Assembly (NCBI GenBank): GCA_964016885.1
Contig: OZ024740.1
Location: 412,734,001 to 412,798,000 of the forward strand
Origin: Eledone cirrhosa
Lineage: Eukaryota
DNA length: 64,000 nucleotides
Direction of reading: 5' to 3'
The translations under genes were made by a program, and so were the position numbers. Below are positions 1-11,353 of the stretch, in pieces (position 1 is the first letter of the stretch; the number at the start of each line of letters is the position of its first letter). A model generated the notes under the pieces. That model had not been told where the DNA came from, searched no databases, and worked only from the letters and a program-made list of their open reading frames with translations.

Positions 1-381
1 TGTGCAACGCTAAGAATATTTAAGTGGAGTATTGTTGATAGGATTGACCAAGTATATTGCCTGTATCTTTATATAATCAACCATAGAAGCACTGTTATAG
101 AAGTCTCATCGTTCGGCTGCCATTTTAGATATCATTTACTTTCTTGGTATTTGTCATATTACATACATGATATGCAACGTTACCATATTTAATGATAAAC
201 CGTTAAAAATATAAAAACAAACAGAATATACACATTTTTTTGTAATCATATTTAGGTAATTCCTCTTTCAACATAATTAGGCATTAGAATGATAAAAAGA
301 GGTATTTTGAATACTCTCTCTCACACTCTTTCTCATTCTTTCCTCCTCTCCCCCCTCTCTCCCTCTCTCTCTCTCTCTCTC

Positions 382-425
<44 letters not shown>

Positions 426-444
426 TACATATATATATATATAT

Positions 445-695
445 ACGATATTAACAAATGGAAACTATATTTATAAAACCATATCTATTTTATTATACAT
501 ATTTCAAGGATACCATGTTAAATTATGGTATGCTTTCATCAGACAAAATACAATATATACCTGATGTCTTCTATTCCCGATGTCTTCGAAAAGTAATATA
601 TATATATGTATGTATACGTACATACATATATGTATACAGACGCACAGTAGTAGGTATATATACCTTTATAGATAATAGATACCTTTTATTGATAA

Positions 696-700
<5 letters not shown>
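445..700 (-). mobile_element. Isolated PLE 3' end (related to PLE2) between (TA)n tracts
   Basis: 445-550 aligns to the reverse complement of the PLE2 terminus 37859-37966. Confidence 0.8.
486..550 (-). ncRNA. Type I hammerhead ribozyme
   Basis: Minus strand: tattttgt-CTGATGA-aagcataccat(aatttaac)atggtatcctt-GAAA-tatgta-TA-ataaaata. Confidence 0.85.
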
Positions 701-766
<66 letters not shown>

Positions 767-1058
767 CTATATTACAAATTTATGCCATTTCATTGGCATA
801 CATTTAATTCTATTATATCAACACTAGTACCCGCACATTTTTTGCTTCCCAACGAAAATATTCAAATTTTATGTAAGTTGCATGTAGCCTTATTATATTA
901 TGACTAAAATATATATAAAAATATGCTGATATTCTTCAGAATTACACACACAAGCTCACACATAAGCACACATGCACACACACACGTACGCACACACTCT
1001 CCCTCACACACACAATCACACGCACACAATTACATATAGGTAGATATGCATATATGTA

Positions 1059-1138
<80 letters not shown>

Positions 1139-1177
1139 ATATATAAGATCAAAAGATGGTTAAATGAGTTCCATGTA

Positions 1178-1244
1178 TTTTATTATGCGCATTTCAAAAA
1201 CAAATATCATCATGCAATAACATTTGTGTTTTCATCAGATAAAA
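1178..1244 (-). ncRNA. Hammerhead ribozyme, inverted copy of 4611-4677
   Basis: Reverse complement of the motif at 4611-4677. Confidence 0.88.
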
Positions 1245-2126
1245 TAGGAGGACATGATATGAAGGTTAAAAAACACTTGTGGATAGTGCAGTTTTAAATC
1301 AACATATGAAAAGTAGTTTTAGATTGATGTGTGATATTGGGAAAAAATTGTTTTGAGGGGGGGGGGGGGTAAAGGATGAAAAAGAGGAGGAGATGAGAGT
1401 AACAAGTGGAGAGGGAGGAGTATAGTGAGGAAGGATGAGATAGGAGGAGAGATGGGTGATAGAGAGAGAGAGATAGCTTTTATAACTGAGAAAATATATT
1501 ATTTTACATAGAGAGGTTGAAAAAACCGTTCGAAGATAATGTATAAATTAAAAGAATTTGAAAATTAACGAAAAGAAAAATAATGTAAAGTTAAGGTTTG
1601 TATATTGAAGGGTTTAATAATATGTGCGATGAAAAGAAATTGTTAATATGTATTAAGAATAATATTTAAGGGTTTAATAATATGTACGATGGAAAGAAAA
1701 TGTTAATATGTATTAAGAATAATATTTAAGGGTTTAATAATATGTGCGATGGAAAGAAAATGTTGATATGTATTATTAAAAAAACAGAAGTAATGTAAGT
1801 AAGGATATATTGTGAGATGAGCATGAATAAGTTAGATGAAAGGGAGAAAAAATTATGAATAGAGGATGAATAATCTAACGTCAAAAAATGTTTATGTTTA
1901 CGAAGGATATTTGCAAGGTGATATGAAGTAAGAATATGGTGTATTGTGTAATAATTGTTTCTATGTTAGGCACAGTGAGAAAAGGTACAGATTAGGGGTT
2001 AGAAATTAGGAGTGATGTAGAATATAATAAATATAATAAATAACTTTGAAATAAGGTAGAAAGATGGGTATATATTTAAAGTAGTATATATATATATATA
2101 TATGTGCCTTTGAGAAAAGGATTCTA

Positions 2127-3705
2127 AAATTTGTTCAATTTGATATTGCCAGCTACTATTCTTCTATTTCGCCTTCACTTCTCAACAATGCTCTATCTTT
2201 CGCATTTAAATATTCTGACATCACCACAGATGAACTTCACATCATTCTCACCGCACGTAAAACCATCCTTGAGTTCAACAATGAATATTGGACCAGAGCT
2301 GATACCTCTAACAACTTCGACATCACAATGGGAGCATCCGATTCATCCCATTTGACAGATTTAATTGGTATCTTTATTTTGAACTCTTTGAGTCGGAAAA
2401 TTCCTCAACTTCGCGGTGGAATTTATCGTGACGATGGACTCTTTACTATCTTAAATTGCAACACAGTTAACCTTAATATTATTAAGAACAATATACGTAA
2501 CCTCTTTAACCAACATAACCTGAAAATTGAATTTGATAACAGCATCAAACTAGCTAATTTCCTGGATGTATCTCTTAATCTTGACACTGGCCTATATTAC
2601 CCTTACCATAAAAACAATGAGAACCTAAATTATGTTAATTTTAAATCTAACCACCCTACCAATATTAAGAATGCCATAGTTAGTAATATTGGAAAAAGAA
2701 TATCTAACCTATCTTCTAATAAAAACATCTTCGATGCTAACGCCAATTACTATAATAACGCTCTTTCTAGAAGATCTTACAGTAGAATAATTAATCATGA
2801 TCATTCCAATAACTTTAATAAAAGACCTAGATACAAAAACATAATCTGGTATAATGCTCCTTTCTCCATCTCTATTAATAATAATATTCCTAAATTATTC
2901 TTTAGTGCTTTAAATAAATGCTTCCCTCCCTCACATATCTATAGTAAAATATTTAACAAACACACTATAACATTTTCCTATTCAACATCCTCCGACATTT
3001 CCAACATTATCTCTAAACACAACAATAAAATACTAAATACTAAATCTCTTCCTTCCAACACTGAATATCATAATAATAGTAATAGTACTCCCGACGTCAT
3101 TGTAAACTCTAGGCTAATTTCCGCAAACCCAAATACAACGTCAAACACAACTTCGCTAAATGTTCTTAATCCCATTCTAAATCAAGAAACTATTATTCCT
3201 ATCGCCAATAACTTCTCCAATCCAATTCCTTCTATAGATAACATTAGGTCACTCGTTAATAATCTCTCTAATCGCAATTGCAATTGCCCTGCTAAAAATA
3301 AATGTCCTCTCAACAACCATTGTCTTGATAAAAACTTAATTTACGAATGTAAAGTTATAACTGACACCAATTCCTTCACCTATTTTGGCTCACTTCCACC
3401 TCCTTTAAAGCTCGTCTTTATAATCATCATTCGTCTTTTAAATGTAAACTTAAAGGAACCGACACGGCTCTCTCAGAACTCATATGGTCCTTGAAAGACA
3501 AAAATATTAAATATAACATCTCTTGGAAAAAGGTTTCCTCTGCTTCTCATACTTGAACAGTTCTCTATCTAAGACTTGCAATCTCTGTCTAAATGAAAAA
3601 TTTACCATTATATCTAATTTAGATTCTATAATAAATAGACGCACTGACTTGTTTTCTATCTGCTTGCATAAATTCCACAGAACTTTCCATAAAGTATACA
3701 GCTAA
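2127..3705 (+). pseudogene. PLE1 reverse transcriptase + GIY-YIG endonuclease, 5'-truncated and frameshifted
   Basis: Frame is open from 2127: KFVQFDIASYY (motif A), ITMGASDS (B), IYRDDG (C), NFLDVSL, Zn linker CNCPAKNKCPLNNHC, LIY...YFGS, CNLCLNEK, INRRTDLFSICLH. Frameshifts near 3390 and 3550. Confidence 0.92.
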
Positions 3706-4079
3706 TATGATAAACCTTATCAATTCAGAATCCTTTTCTCAAAGGCACATATATATATATACATATATATACTTCTTTAAAAATATACCCATCTTTCTAC
3801 CTTATTTCAAAGTTATTTATTATATTTATTATATTCTATATCACTCCTAATTTCTAACCCCTAATCTGTACCTTTTCTCACTGTGCCTAACATAGAAACA
3901 ATTATTACACAATACACCATATTCTTACTTCATATCACCTTGCAAAAATCCTTCGTAAACATAAACATTTGTTGACGTTAGATTATTCATCCTCTATTCA
4001 TTATTCTTTTCTCCCTTTCATCTAACTTATTCATGCTCATCTCACAATATATCCTTACTTACATTACTTCAGTTTTTTT

Positions 4080-4250
4080 AATAATACATATCAACATTTT
4101 CTTTCCATCGCACATATTATTAAACCCTTAAATATTATTCTTAATACATATTAACATTTTCTTTCCATCGTACATATTATTAAACCCTTAAATATTCTTC
4201 TTAATACATATTAACAATTTCTTTTCATCGCACATATTATTAAACCCTTC
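4080..4250. repeat. 60-bp tandem repeat (~3 units) in PLE1 3' UTR, mirrored at ~1605-1780
   Basis: Unit ttaatacatattaacattttctttccatcgtacatattattaaacccttaaatattattc recurs on consecutive 60-nt lines. Confidence 0.85.
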
Positions 4251-4610
4251 AATATACAAACCTTAACATTACATTATTTTTCTTTTCGTTAATTTTCAAA
4301 TTCTTTTAATTTATACATTATCTTCGAACGGGTTTTTCAACCTCTCTATGTAAAACAATATATTTTTCTCGGTTATAAAAGCTATCTCTCTCTCTCTATC
4401 ACCCATCTCTCCTCCCATCTCATCCTTCCTCACTATACTCCTCCCCCTCCACTTTTTACTCTCATCTCTTCCTCTTTTTCATCCTTTCCAACCCCCACCC
4501 TCACATTTTTTTTCCCAATATCACACATCAATCTAAAACTACTTTTCATATGTTGATTTAAAACTGCACTATCCACAAGTGTTTTTTAACCTTCATATCA
4601 TGTCCTCCTA

Positions 4611-4677
4611 TTTTATCTGATGAAAACACAAATGTTATTGCATGATGATATTTGTTTTTGAAATGCGCATAATAAAA
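4611..4677 (+). ncRNA. Minimal type I hammerhead ribozyme in PLE1 3' end
   Basis: ttttat-CTGATGA-(aaacacaaatgttattg/catgatgatatttgttttt stem II)-GAAA-tgcgca-TA-ataaaa. Palindromic stem III, AUA triplet. Confidence 0.88.
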
Positions 4678-5307
4678 TACATGGAACTCATTTAACCATC
4701 TTTTGATTTTATATATTATGTATACTCCAGTCCTACAAACTGTAGAGTGCTTCTTATCCGATATCTGCATTGCTTTATTGTACTACAATAAAATTCACCT
4801 CCTACACACATATATATATATATATACAATGATATTTTTTATTTCTTTAATGTTTTATCTCTTTTAAAAATTACTTATCTCTTATAAATTTTTTTTATTT
4901 TTCTAATTTTCTCAAATTTTTCATATTTTTTTCAGTATTTTTTATTAGATTTATAACCACTAACTTATTCTGGCTCAATATATCTTTCAACATTTATAAT
5001 TATTTCGACTAAATAGTCTCATACTAACGAATAAATAAACGAAACTGGAATTTTTCCGTATCTTCCCATCTTAAAATATATAAATATAAATATTCTTATT
5101 AACTCAGTTAATTTAATTTAATTTAACTTAATATTTACTTACATTAAATACATAAGCAATATCCCTCATAACTCGTTAAACCAATTATCTATAACAAGAT
5201 ATCCTCATCTATTCATTTGTTTATATATTTATCTATGTATTTATTTATATATTTATCTATTTATTTATCTACTTATAACAGAAAATATTATATTAGTGGA
5301 TTGGCAA

Positions 5308-5497
5308 GGCGGTGGATTGGCAGCATCGGTAGAGGATCGGACGTCATGCTTTAACGCATAGAGTTACGGCCCTTTCCATTCTGAGTTCAAATCCCACCGA
5401 GGTCAACTTTGCCTTTCATACTTACGGGGTCGATAAAATAAAGTACGAGTAATGTACTGGGTAATTGCTGGCCTTGTGCCAAAAGTAGAAACAATTA
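5308..5497 (+). mobile_element. tRNA-derived SINE (~190 bp)
   Basis: A box tggcagcatcggtag, B box gagttcaaatccc, core aactttgcctttcat..ggggtcgataaaataaagtac, end ccttgtgccaaaagtagaaacaatta. Multicopy in this window. Confidence 0.9.
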
Positions 5498-5844
5498 TAT
5501 TAGAAGCGAATTTTAAACAACTAATAATAGTAAATACACCTATTATTAAGATATATATAATTAGAATATATTTCCCCCAAATGAACGTTATATGAGTTTT
5601 ATTCATCCTCTTTTTTATTTCTTCTCTCTATCTCTCTCGTAATATTTTTTATCTTTATCCCCTTGTATTTTTTCTCTCTCTCCAGTGTCACTTAAACAAA
5701 CGGTTGTTTTTCAATTATTTACATATTCATTTGCATATTCACACATAAGTTTGAATAATCCCTAATATATTTCCACTATTCAGTGAATTTCCAACCGATA
5801 AGGTATGTGTTTCATGGGTATGTCTCTATTTATGAAATAAACTT

Positions 5845-6032
5845 TGTATTTTATGTGATGAAAGCGTACCAATGTTGTCTTGGTACCCTTGAAATAAAAT
5901 AGATAAGGTTTTATAAATATAGTTTCCATTTATTGAATATCATTGAATATTTACTCCACTCTGTTGAGTGTTCTAAATCAGTTATAAACATTTATGTTTG
6001 TCGAACTTCCAACAAAATAAATACCACTTCTA
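5845..6032 (+). mobile_element. Decayed PLE2-family 3' end with inactivated hammerhead
   Basis: tattttat-GTGATGA-aagcgtacca..tggtaccctt-GAAA with stem III deleted. Downstream matches 37920-37965 and the reverse complement of 34688-34774. Confidence 0.72.
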
Positions 6033-6087
<55 letters not shown>

Positions 6088-6615
6088 TTTTAAGTTACAA
6101 ATGTTCGGAGTTATTGGCAATAAAGAGAAAGTTATATTAACGGTAGATTGGAAAACACCTGTACATAGCAATGAATTTGTGCTGAAACAATATAATTAAG
6201 GATAATCAAATATATATATGATGACGTTTGAGAAGGATATGTATCATTATATCGATGTATACTTTTGGAAACCTGCGCCTTTCGCAACATGCATATTATC
6301 CTGTATCAACTAATGATTTCTACTCTAAACACGATCATATTATCCTTATATATTTAGTACAGCTAAAGTTTCATGATAGAATCATGGTGTTGTTAAAGCA
6401 CCATCATGACTCAAGATGGACCGTGTTGATCCTTACCCCATCTCACTAAGTCGGGAAAAACCGATTTCTTCAAAGGATAAAAGGCAAATTTGAACTCGGT
6501 GCGATTTCAACACAACCAGGAGGGCAGGTGGAAGGAACAAATATCGAGAAATTTAATACAACACCCCCTGAAAAACATACTGCTAATTTGCTGTCTTCAT
6601 ATATATATATATACA

Positions 6616-6688
6616 CAGTGTGTCCCCCAAAATGTATAACAGACTTCAACAGCATTGTAGTCAAAGTGTCTATACATTTTAGGACACC

Positions 6689-6691
<3 letters not shown>
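6616..6691. mobile_element. 76-bp Tc1/mariner-type MITE
   Basis: TIRs cagtgtgtcccccaaaatgtata / tatacattttaggacaccctg, within a TA tract. Confidence 0.75.
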
Positions 6692-6758
<67 letters not shown>

Positions 6759-7104
6759 GTGTGTGTGTGTGTGTGTTGTGTCAAGTGTTTCCATAGATAA
6801 GGGAATAAAATCTCAGGTTGTCGAAGCTTACTCTATTAAATATCTGATATTCGCTAGTGTCGCTTATATTTCAGGTAATAGCGTGATGGACGACATTATT
6901 TAGATGTGATCTCGTCATGTCCGTAGAGGAGTACAACCCCAAACATCAAATCAACCCTATTTTACACCCTTTTTATATACTAAACTAGTCTCAGGCCGAC
7001 AAACACATTACTGTATACAGACACGTTCAAATACTATAATCTATATAAATAGTATTAATATAATTCCACAGAAACAAAAAACATCATACTCCATCTATAT
7101 TAAT

Positions 7105-7291
7105 GATCGTTGCTAATTTTGGCACAAGGCCAGCAATTATACCAGTGCCTTACTGGTACTTTATTTTATCGACCTCGTAAAGATGAAAGGCAAAGTTAAC
7201 CTCGGCGGGATTTGAACTCAGAATGGCAAGAGACGTAACTCTAGGCGTCAAAGCATGGTGTCCGACCCTATACCGATACTGCCAATCCACC
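7105..7291 (-). mobile_element. tRNA-derived SINE
   Basis: Reverse complement of the family at 5308. Confidence 0.9.
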
Positions 7292-9020
7292 TATATTAAG
7301 AATAGACACATAAATAGACATGCACGAACACAAACATACAGCATATAAATATTTAATATTCTGCGCCTTAATAAAAACACACATGTACTACAATAATCCA
7401 TATAACTATTTGTAAGAAAAAAATTCTCCTCTCTCACTATCTATCTAACACACACACAGGCACACAAATAATACAATTATAATTATATTTAAAGGAATAT
7501 ACTGACATACACAGGAGTTGCTGCTATTGAATAACAAAACAACCGTTGTTTTTATTACATTAGTATCACACCCCTTGCACTTGTGGAGACCTCATGCAAA
7601 TAACACTGGCCATCTTTGTATTGCCTGAAAGATAACCAACGATAGCAAAGCAATTTTTCCAACACTCTAGAATTTCAAACTGTTCATTGTTATTAGAACT
7701 ACATAGTATGACATTAAGTTATGTTGTTTTATAATTTGTCAATTCATCCTGTAAGTAAATTTGTGAGATTACATTTAGTTAATGTTCAAAATATTTTTGT
7801 TGAAGTGGAATGGGATATCTTTATTTGGTAGGCTCTTATTCCAAACATCTACTCGATTATTGTTGTTATTCTTTCTTGTTATCTTAAATATTATAAATTA
7901 TTATATTTTGTATTACCTTTTTCATGAATTTATCTACCTAAATTATTCAGAGTTATTACATTTTTTGAACAACGTTATTGGACGAAACATTAAACACCAT
8001 ATAGCAAGGCATCTAGTTGATTCTATCTAATTTTACTATCAACAGAGATAATTCTATCAATATACGGCATTCTTAAAAGGCTTAAATTAACAAATATGAT
8101 GAAAAAAAGGCATCCTAAATGTACAAAACTAAAGAATGAACTGATTATAAATCCGCTAAATCAAAATTGACATAGGTGAAAACCGTAAAAACACAATGAA
8201 AACATTGGAATTTTATTGTTCGTATATATTTTTGACTTGCACATATATATTAGAAAGTAAAAGATGAAATAAACTAGTCATGATTATTCCACTACTACTT
8301 ACTGATGTGGCATCTGCTAGAAAAAAAAATGTATTCTCATTTAGCACGTTAAATGAGGTGTCGCTAGGTAAACGCTGTCGGCATAAATACACAAGTGTTA
8401 TGCCTAGAAGCGCTTCATATGACAGTAAACTACACCAACAACAACCATGTAATATTTGGTAAAATCTGTTTTAACGCTTGAAGGATGACAATTATTTTGA
8501 TATAAAACATTACCCAAGATAAAAACCACTTCTGAGTCTGATAGAGATAAATGTGCAACCACATCAGAAAGTCAATAAGCCGATCAAACACAGATCACTT
8601 GTAAATATAGATGAAATTAAATTATTACTATTTTGATCAATTTACTTACCGGAAGTGAGCAACTCAAAGGAAGTGAAGTGAAGTAATACATTTTCTTCTT
8701 CAACAATCATAGTCGCAACCAAGGTTCGAAGAACGAAGATCTGGTTTCTGTGATTTCAATGAACATGTATAGTACTAGGTTAGCAGTCATGCATCTAGTT
8801 TCACAACAGAATAATTAATCAGTATTTATTTAAGATAAAGGAAATAAACTGGCTATAAATGGATCCCGAAACGCATGGTCGCACATAAATGTTAAGTGTA
8901 AGAATCTTTGTTTATATTAAGTAATCTCACTTGCATAAGATTGAGCACTGTTTTCCTTAATATTTCATCTACGAATTTCTACAAATAGTTGGGCTAGATC
9001 GATACAGATCGAAACTTGAC

Positions 9021-9085
9021 CTGATCAATAGCGAAACGCGCGTCACCAATCAATAAACGTAATGAAGGCTTATCAAATCGTCCTT

Positions 9086-9087
<2 letters not shown>
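9021..9087 (+). ncRNA. 3' half of a minimal hammerhead (probable PLE 3'-end remnant)
   Basis: GAAA-cgcgcg-TC (palindromic stem III, GUC) then aataaa. No intact CTGANGA upstream. Confidence 0.45.
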
Positions 9088-9138
<51 letters not shown>

Positions 9139-9163
9139 TATTATTATTATTATTATTATTATT
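9088..9163. repeat. (ATT)n array, left flank of LINE
   Basis: Seen directly. A matching (ATT)n lies at 14941-15020. Confidence 0.95.
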
Positions 9164-9207
9164 GGCGACCTACGTATTGACGACCTACGTATTGGCGACC
9201 TACGTAT
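9161..9207 (+). repeat. Three 15-bp tandem units at LINE 5' end
   Basis: attggcgacctacgt attgacgacctacgt attggcgacctacgt. Confidence 0.9.
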
Positions 9208-9402
9208 CATGGTGAGCTCCGCAAAGTTTTGTTATTTTAAGTTGTTTAAAATTGCCATTTATGGTAATTTTTTATTGTTAACTGTATATAAGTGCACATA
9301 GATTGATTTCTGAAAAGGACACTCAAAAAGATTGGGGCCTTGAGCCCAAAATTTAAACTTTTATAATTATCAAACAAAAAAGAAATTTCTTTGAAAAAAA
9401 TC

Positions 9403-11315
9403 ATGGACGACTCACAGTCACACCTTCCTCACAAACTAACACCTCACACCGACACCACCATTGTAAATATTACTGCGTTTGCCAACACTAAAAATATAAG
9501 CAGTAGCAATATTTTAAATTTGTCTCAGGCAGACATTCATTTCACGCCATTACCAATGACTGCAGGTGTTAAAGCCGCCACCCCCACCACAGCGACAAAA
9601 CAGACAAAAGAAAAAAATAAATTAACTCGTGATATCGAAATGAATTCAACCAAAATGAATTCTTCCACACCGAACACCAGTTACGCCACCACCACCACAA
9701 CTGAACCAAAAATTAACAATAACAAAAATAACGATAACAACAACAATGACATTAAGAAAACCACCCTGAATTTTGCCAGAGTAGCAAAACAGTGCGAAGC
9801 ATTCCAAGTAACTCAGGAGGAATTAGAAGAAGACAAAAAAATGGTAAAGAAAGATGGGTACAGGGTCAGTCTCACCCCCACCTAATAAAATGGAGCATCG
9901 GCGCCTATGCACCGTGTCTTATCGGACGATTAGCATAAAATCGCGCTGAGTGGAACGGGCATCCGAGTCCCAAATCCCAAAAGCTTTGGGACATGTGTGG
10001 GCAAATAAAACCCACATCAGACGTGGACAGAAATATGGAACCGTGGACGTGTTCTTTGAAACACGACAGGAGGCCAGAGAACACTCCATGGCCCCATTAA
10101 GAAGTGACGACTTCACACTCGTCCCAAGCTATTGTGGCCAGAGACTCGTGAAGATCAGGGTGACCCACGTTCCACCGGCCATCGAAATTCCCTGGCTAAT
10201 AGCTGCCGTCCTCGCCGGCATCGAAGCCAACACCAAGATAATCGAAATAGCGAAAGAAAAGCAGGAGACTGGTCCGGATCTGGGATGGAGCTCCTGAACC
10301 AAGCGGACCAAAAAAGCATTGAGGAGATCCCAGAGGTAATAGACCTCACTGACGGCAGCCACCTCACCGTAATTGTCGAGGGCAGAAGGCCTATTTGTGT
10401 CGTTTGTGGTGAAGGAACCCACCTAAGGGCTTTCTGCCCTCAGGCTAAAAGGTTGAGGTCACCTATCTTACCCACCCCAGTGACTCAACCATCAACACCA
10501 CCAGCAGCAGAGATGGCAGCAACAACTGTAGCAGCAACAACAGAAGCAACTGTAACAGCAACAACCCCAGCAACATTGCAAAACCAACACCACCACCACC
10601 CAGCGCGCCAGAACTAGTACCAGCGCCTACACTATCCACCACGCCACAACGAATACCAACGCCTGGGAGGATTTTCCACTCCCTCCCCGGACTATCACAA
10701 CTAGAGACAGATTGTCACGACGAGGAGTGGGAAACGGTATCAGGAACAAAGAAAAAAAGAAACCAAAAAAGAAAAAATTCTCTTGCCTCCCCCTCCAAAA
10801 ACAAAATACAGAGGGAAACAAATAAACTATCAAACAAAAAAGTTAGGACAGATATGCCACCATCCACACCAGCATCACCAACCCCATCACCACAAACACC
10901 AACACCATCACCATCATTAACACCAACACCACCATCACCTACACCACAAAAGTCACCAAAAATCAAAAGAGAAACAAGCCCACAACAAACGCAAACAAAA
11001 CAAAACAACCAAAGTGATACACACTACACAGCATTAAATTTGAACAATAACCAATTATACACTACATCCAACACGACACCAGCATCACAGAAAAAGACTA
11101 CACAACAACCCAAAAATTTAAAAAACACCACATCCACACATACAAATCACTCGCATCACACAGAAAACGTACACGACACTAAAACAAAAATTCCCCAAAG
11201 ACATCACAGACTTCCGACAGACACTCTCCAGGAGGATTTATAAGAACATCCTTCCGGAGGAGGCCACAAACAGTGAAAAGGATGGAGAAACCATCCTTCC
11301 TCTACGAGAAGTAAG
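9403..11315 (+). pseudogene. LINE ORF1 (RRM-like segment, gag-type zinc knuckle, long T/P/Q-rich tail), broken by stops and frameshifts
   Basis: KYGTVDVFFETRQEA; TVIVEGRRPICVVCGEGTHLRAFCP (CX2CX4HX4C). Confidence 0.75.
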
Positions 11316-11353
11316 GTAAGTGGTCTTTCCCATCTTTTCCACTCCATTTCAAC

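Larger units (their letters stand above)
1147..4810 (+). mobile_element. Penelope-like retroelement PLE1 (Naiad-like), 5'-truncated, with ~980 bp inverted copy of its 3' UTR at the 5' end
   Basis: 1147-2125 is the reverse complement of 3727-4708. RT and GIY-YIG coding lies between. (TA)n on both flanks. ~100 nt extra 3' tail at 4709-4810. Confidence 0.93.

Noticed and set aside
458-907. ORFs rich in YI, HT, CV, RE or LS repeats here and throughout
   Set aside because: These are translations of (TA)n, (CA)n and (GA)n microsatellites.
3270-3705. Selenoprotein-type Naiad (in-frame TGA at conserved Cys)
   Set aside because: The conserved Cys positions visible in PLE1 and PLE2 are ordinary Cys codons. 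The PLE3/4 stop is TAA/TAG at Tyr, not TGA.
4080-4250. CRISPR-like array
   Set aside because: Contiguous tandem units with no unique spacers, in a eukaryotic context.
1147-4708. DNA transposon with 1-kb TIRs
   Set aside because: The arms are the PLE 3' UTR with a hammerhead, and the interior is RT/GIY-YIG, not a transposase.
5308-5400. tRNA gene
   Set aside because: A/B boxes only, continuing into a SINE body with TSDs. No cloverleaf.
6440-6600. Minus-strand hammerhead remnant (TGAAGA...GAAA-tcgcaccgag-TT)
   Set aside because: It needs a deletion to fit and stem II is weak, so it is mentioned only as tentative.
8640-8830. hAT C-terminal remnant (FSSSTIIVATKVR)
   Set aside because: Similarity is too short to support.
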